Origin: an uncultured Bacteroidota bacterium
Lineage (GTDB): Bacteria > Bacteroidota > Bacteroidia > JABEUT01
NCBI GenBank assembly: GCA_903901055.1
Contig: CAIUPO010000083.1
Location: forward strand, 30,705-94,704
Reading direction: 5' to 3'
Length of the DNA: 64,000 nt
This document shows positions 60,953-64,000 of this stretch, piece after piece. A program made the position numbers and the translations under genes. Positions within the stretch are counted from its first letter, which is position 1. Each line of letters opens with the position of its first letter. The notes beneath the pieces are model-generated. The model made no database searches, had not been told where the DNA came from, and saw only the letters and a program-made list of their open reading frames with translations.

Positions 60953-63724
60953 TTAAAGCTTCGTTACCTTCTTCACAACCTTTTGTCCGTTCGATTCGAT
61001 TGTTAAGAAATATACACCTGAGTGCAGCGATTCAATATTTAACTGAACAGGGCCACTTGCCACCGACTGACGGCTCAGCGTTAAAACATTCCGCCCTAAC
61101 ACATCGGTAAGATAGAAATCAGCTTGCCCTTTCATACCACTTACAGTAATATTCAGGATACTGTTAGCAGGATTCGGATATACATTCACATCTGATGAAA
61201 GCAACCCTATTGTAGCGATACCAGTAGGATAGCCAAGCGAAACATTCGAATAACCTTCCGGATTTAAATCTGCTCCATGTTTTTTAATGGTTAAATAAGT
61301 TTGACAAACCACACTCCAATTGGTGCCTATCCTATACCGGAGCAAAGGATTGGTTGGAGCATTCGTATCAACATACGCATTCACACCACCCGGAACTGAA
61401 TCAAGAACCTGCCAGTGGCCACTACCATTCGAATCCCTTAAAATTCGGTAGTAACTAACTGTAGCGCCCACATAAAAATTCCAGTTCAGATTGATATTAT
61501 TACCCAACCCATGTGTGCATTGCAACAAAATAGATTGATGGTAAGAACTGATAGGATTGGTATGGCAAGTATCCACCACACCCAATTCATAGAAATAAGA
61601 AGTTACATTCGGTGATGAGGTCATATCGCGGAAGTAACAATAATTATGGACTGACACCTCCCCTATTTTGGCATAAACTGTTGATGTTATTCCTCTATAG
61701 ATTATAAAACTATCAATGGCATTCGAATCTACACCGGGTTTAGCCCATACAACTTCGTTGTGTATTGCATTGGTATCGGATGTAACAAAACAGATACTTG
61801 GTGAATAACTTCCGCAGCCGCTTGTACCACCCACTGTGTCGCATACCATAGAGGAACAACCGGTGCTGTCGGTTACATTAACACAGTAATTCCCGGCACA
61901 CAAACCAGTGATAAGTGCAGTGGTTTGTCCACCCGGCGACCATAAATAGGTGTATGGCGGATGTCCGCCGTATATGCCTGCAATAATGTCTCTGCCATTA
62001 CAGCCTGAGGTAGCAGGTGTCGCGCTCAAATAAACAGTCATTCCGGAACTGCTTATACTGGTTGTTTTGGTTGAAGTGCAACCTGTATTATCTTTAACTA
62101 CGCAAGTATAAGTTCCGGCGGATAAACCAGAAGCTGTTGCAGTAGTTTGTCCTCCCGGAGACCATAAATATGTAAAAGGAGCCGTACCGCCAATAGGTGA
62201 AGCAGTAGCGTATCCATTGTTTATAGTACAACTCGAATTATGCCCTGTAATACTTGCCGAGAATGTACCATTACTAATTGTACAGGATGAAGTAACAGTA
62301 CACCCCGTGTTATCGGTAACTACACAGGTAAATGATCCGGCTGAAAGGCCTGATGCAGTTGCGGTAGTTTGTCCTCCCGGAGACCATAAATAAGTATATG
62401 GTGCTGAGCCGCCTGTTGTGGATGAAGTGGCATACCCGTTAGCTAAAAATGAACAACTTGTATTGCTATGTGCACGTGCAGTATCTCGGAGTGAAGAAAC
62501 AGAATTTATAATGGTAACCTGGGCGGTAGCGCTACACCCGCCGCTATCATGGACTGTGCAGGTGTACGTACCAGCTGACAAACCTGATAGTATTTGTGTA
62601 GTATTTCCACCCGGAGCCCATAAATAAGTGTATGGAGCAGTGCCACCATACGGATTTGCTGTTGCATATCCATTGGGCACAAATGAACAACTGCCATTAT
62701 TATGCCCTGTTATAAATTCTGAAAGTGCAGAGCCTGTATTTATTATTACTGTTTGCGTTGTAGTGCTACAGCCGCTATTATCGTGTACCACACAAGTGTA
62801 ACTGCCTCCTGACAAACCGGAAGCAGTAGCAGTTGTTTGCCCACCAGGTGACCATAAATAGGTATAAGGTAAGGTTCCGCCTGTTGGCACTGCAGTTGCA
62901 TATCCGTTTGGTGATGAGTTGCAACCAGTGTTGCTATCACCGGGAGTGTAAGCCGGAATAGCAACAAACCCGATAGCGCTTACATATACTGAGTCTAACA
63001 AATTACATCCTGAATGGTCGGTAATTGTGCAAGAGTACCAGCGGGCCGATAATCCCGAAATGGTAGATGTAGTCTGCCCGAAAGGATGCCAGTAATAAGT
63101 ATATGGTGCTGTACCTCCGGAAACATTCGCAGATGCAGTTCCATTTGCGGTAGTGCAATTTGTATTCTGCGTCATAGTAAGGGTAGCTGTTAAGGTAGAT
63201 GGCGTTGTAATAGTGTATGATGCTGTACCTGTACAACCATTCCGGTCTACAACCGTCAACGTAAATGACCCTGCGCTCATTCCACAACAGGAAGATGTTG
63301 TGCAACCCGAGGCCCATGAATACGTGTATGGAGAAGTGCCGCCTGATACTGTTGCACCTTCGCATGCACCAGCACATGAAGTGGAAATAAGATACGGAGT
63401 TACAATAATTGCGTTTGGTTCAGTAATAGTAACCGTTGCACTTATTGTGTTGTGCACAGCATCCGTTACAATTATTGTATATGTTCCGGCCGAAAGGCCC
63501 GTTGCAGTAGCATTCGATCCTCCGGAAGGCGTCCATTGATAGGTATAAGGTGCGGTGCCTCCGTAAGCAGTTACAGTAGCGGTACCGTTATTCATACCAT
63601 GGCAGGTAATATTGCTAATACTGGTAATGGAATCAGAAAGGGGGTTTGCCTTAATTTCTGTAAAAGAAAAACAAATAAATAATGTAAATAGTGTGAAGCA
63701 ATAGAGCTTAATGTTGTTTTTCAT
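60953..63724 (-). CDS. T9SS type-A CTD protein (923 aa) with about 8 SprB-like repeats and a central beta-rich domain
   Basis: Signal peptide. Repeats [32 protein letters not shown]. The CTD is near-identical to that of the 59806..60879 protein. Confidence 0.85.
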   Translation of the reverse strand: [923 protein letters not shown]

Positions 63725-64000
63725 GACGGTGTTGTTTTGAATAAATTTTAGTACAAATGTAATTTTTTTGGCTAACCAAAATATTTATAAAAATAAATAA
63801 TTTATACCTGTTTGAAAACACCATTACGCATGAAGTAAAAGAAAGGTTGGGTGCAAATTGAGTTATGAGTTATAAGTTATGAATTATGAGCCATAGGACA
63901 CTGTTAATCAGAAAGTTTATTTTGAAATTATTTATATCTTATTCAAACTTTCCTGTTTCTAAAAATTTTTCTAAATCCGATTTTTCCTTGGCAGGTTTAT

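Noticed and set aside
1-64000. tRNA, rRNA or tmRNA genes
   Set aside because: By eye I found no T-loop-like GGTTCGAATCC-type motifs or rRNA-like stretches in any intergenic region. A proper covariance-model scan would still be needed to exclude small RNAs.

Overview
This 64 kb window reads as a chromosomal segment from a Bacteroidota genome, probably Sphingobacteriia/Chitinophagia-like, with about 42% GC, dense coding on both strands and many T9SS-type secreted proteins. The taxon is inferred from gene content only. I found no rRNA, tRNA or CRISPR by eye. Housekeeping genes I recognise are zapA-rny, a class-I cytochrome c, an Old-Yellow-Enzyme NADH:flavin oxidoreductase, an overlapping hisS-hutH operon beside an APC amino-acid permease, kup, and bamD-rpoZ-coaBC. 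There is an AT-rich O-antigen/polysaccharide locus (GT4 WbuB-like, O-antigen ligase/polymerase-like, DegT aminotransferase, PglC-like sugar transferase). The accessory content is rich. One 1861-aa SprB-repeat adhesin with a T9SS type-B C-terminal domain sits directly upstream of a PorP/SprF gene. Two further SprB-repeat proteins carry type-A C-terminal domains, and their 3' ends are about 94% identical at the nucleotide level. An orphan PorP/SprF lies elsewhere. Other secreted proteins include a Gloeo_Verruco repeat protein, a WG-repeat protein, an internally duplicated T9SS cargo protein, and an M1-like metallopeptidase whose C-terminal extension ends in a beta-barrel-like Phe terminus. The least-characterised loci are the following. 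(i) A translationally coupled operon of a small protein with a caspase/CHAT-like His/Cys spacing followed by two tandem GT-C-like TPR membrane proteins. (ii) A three-gene lipoprotein operon with two ~780-aa Cys-motif paralogs. (iii) An AT-rich two-gene islet (5960-7480) flanked by repeat-dense non-coding DNA. (iv) Several families of unusual non-coding repeats: an iteron-like 11-bp phased array, GGTCAGT heptamer hairpins, a perfect ~70-bp palindrome, a 144-bp MITE-like nested inverted repeat, GC-rich REP-like hairpin clusters, and GATATAAGA-type octamer tandems at gene ends. I did not find anything I could confidently call a complete undescribed system. The candidates above are what I would test first.
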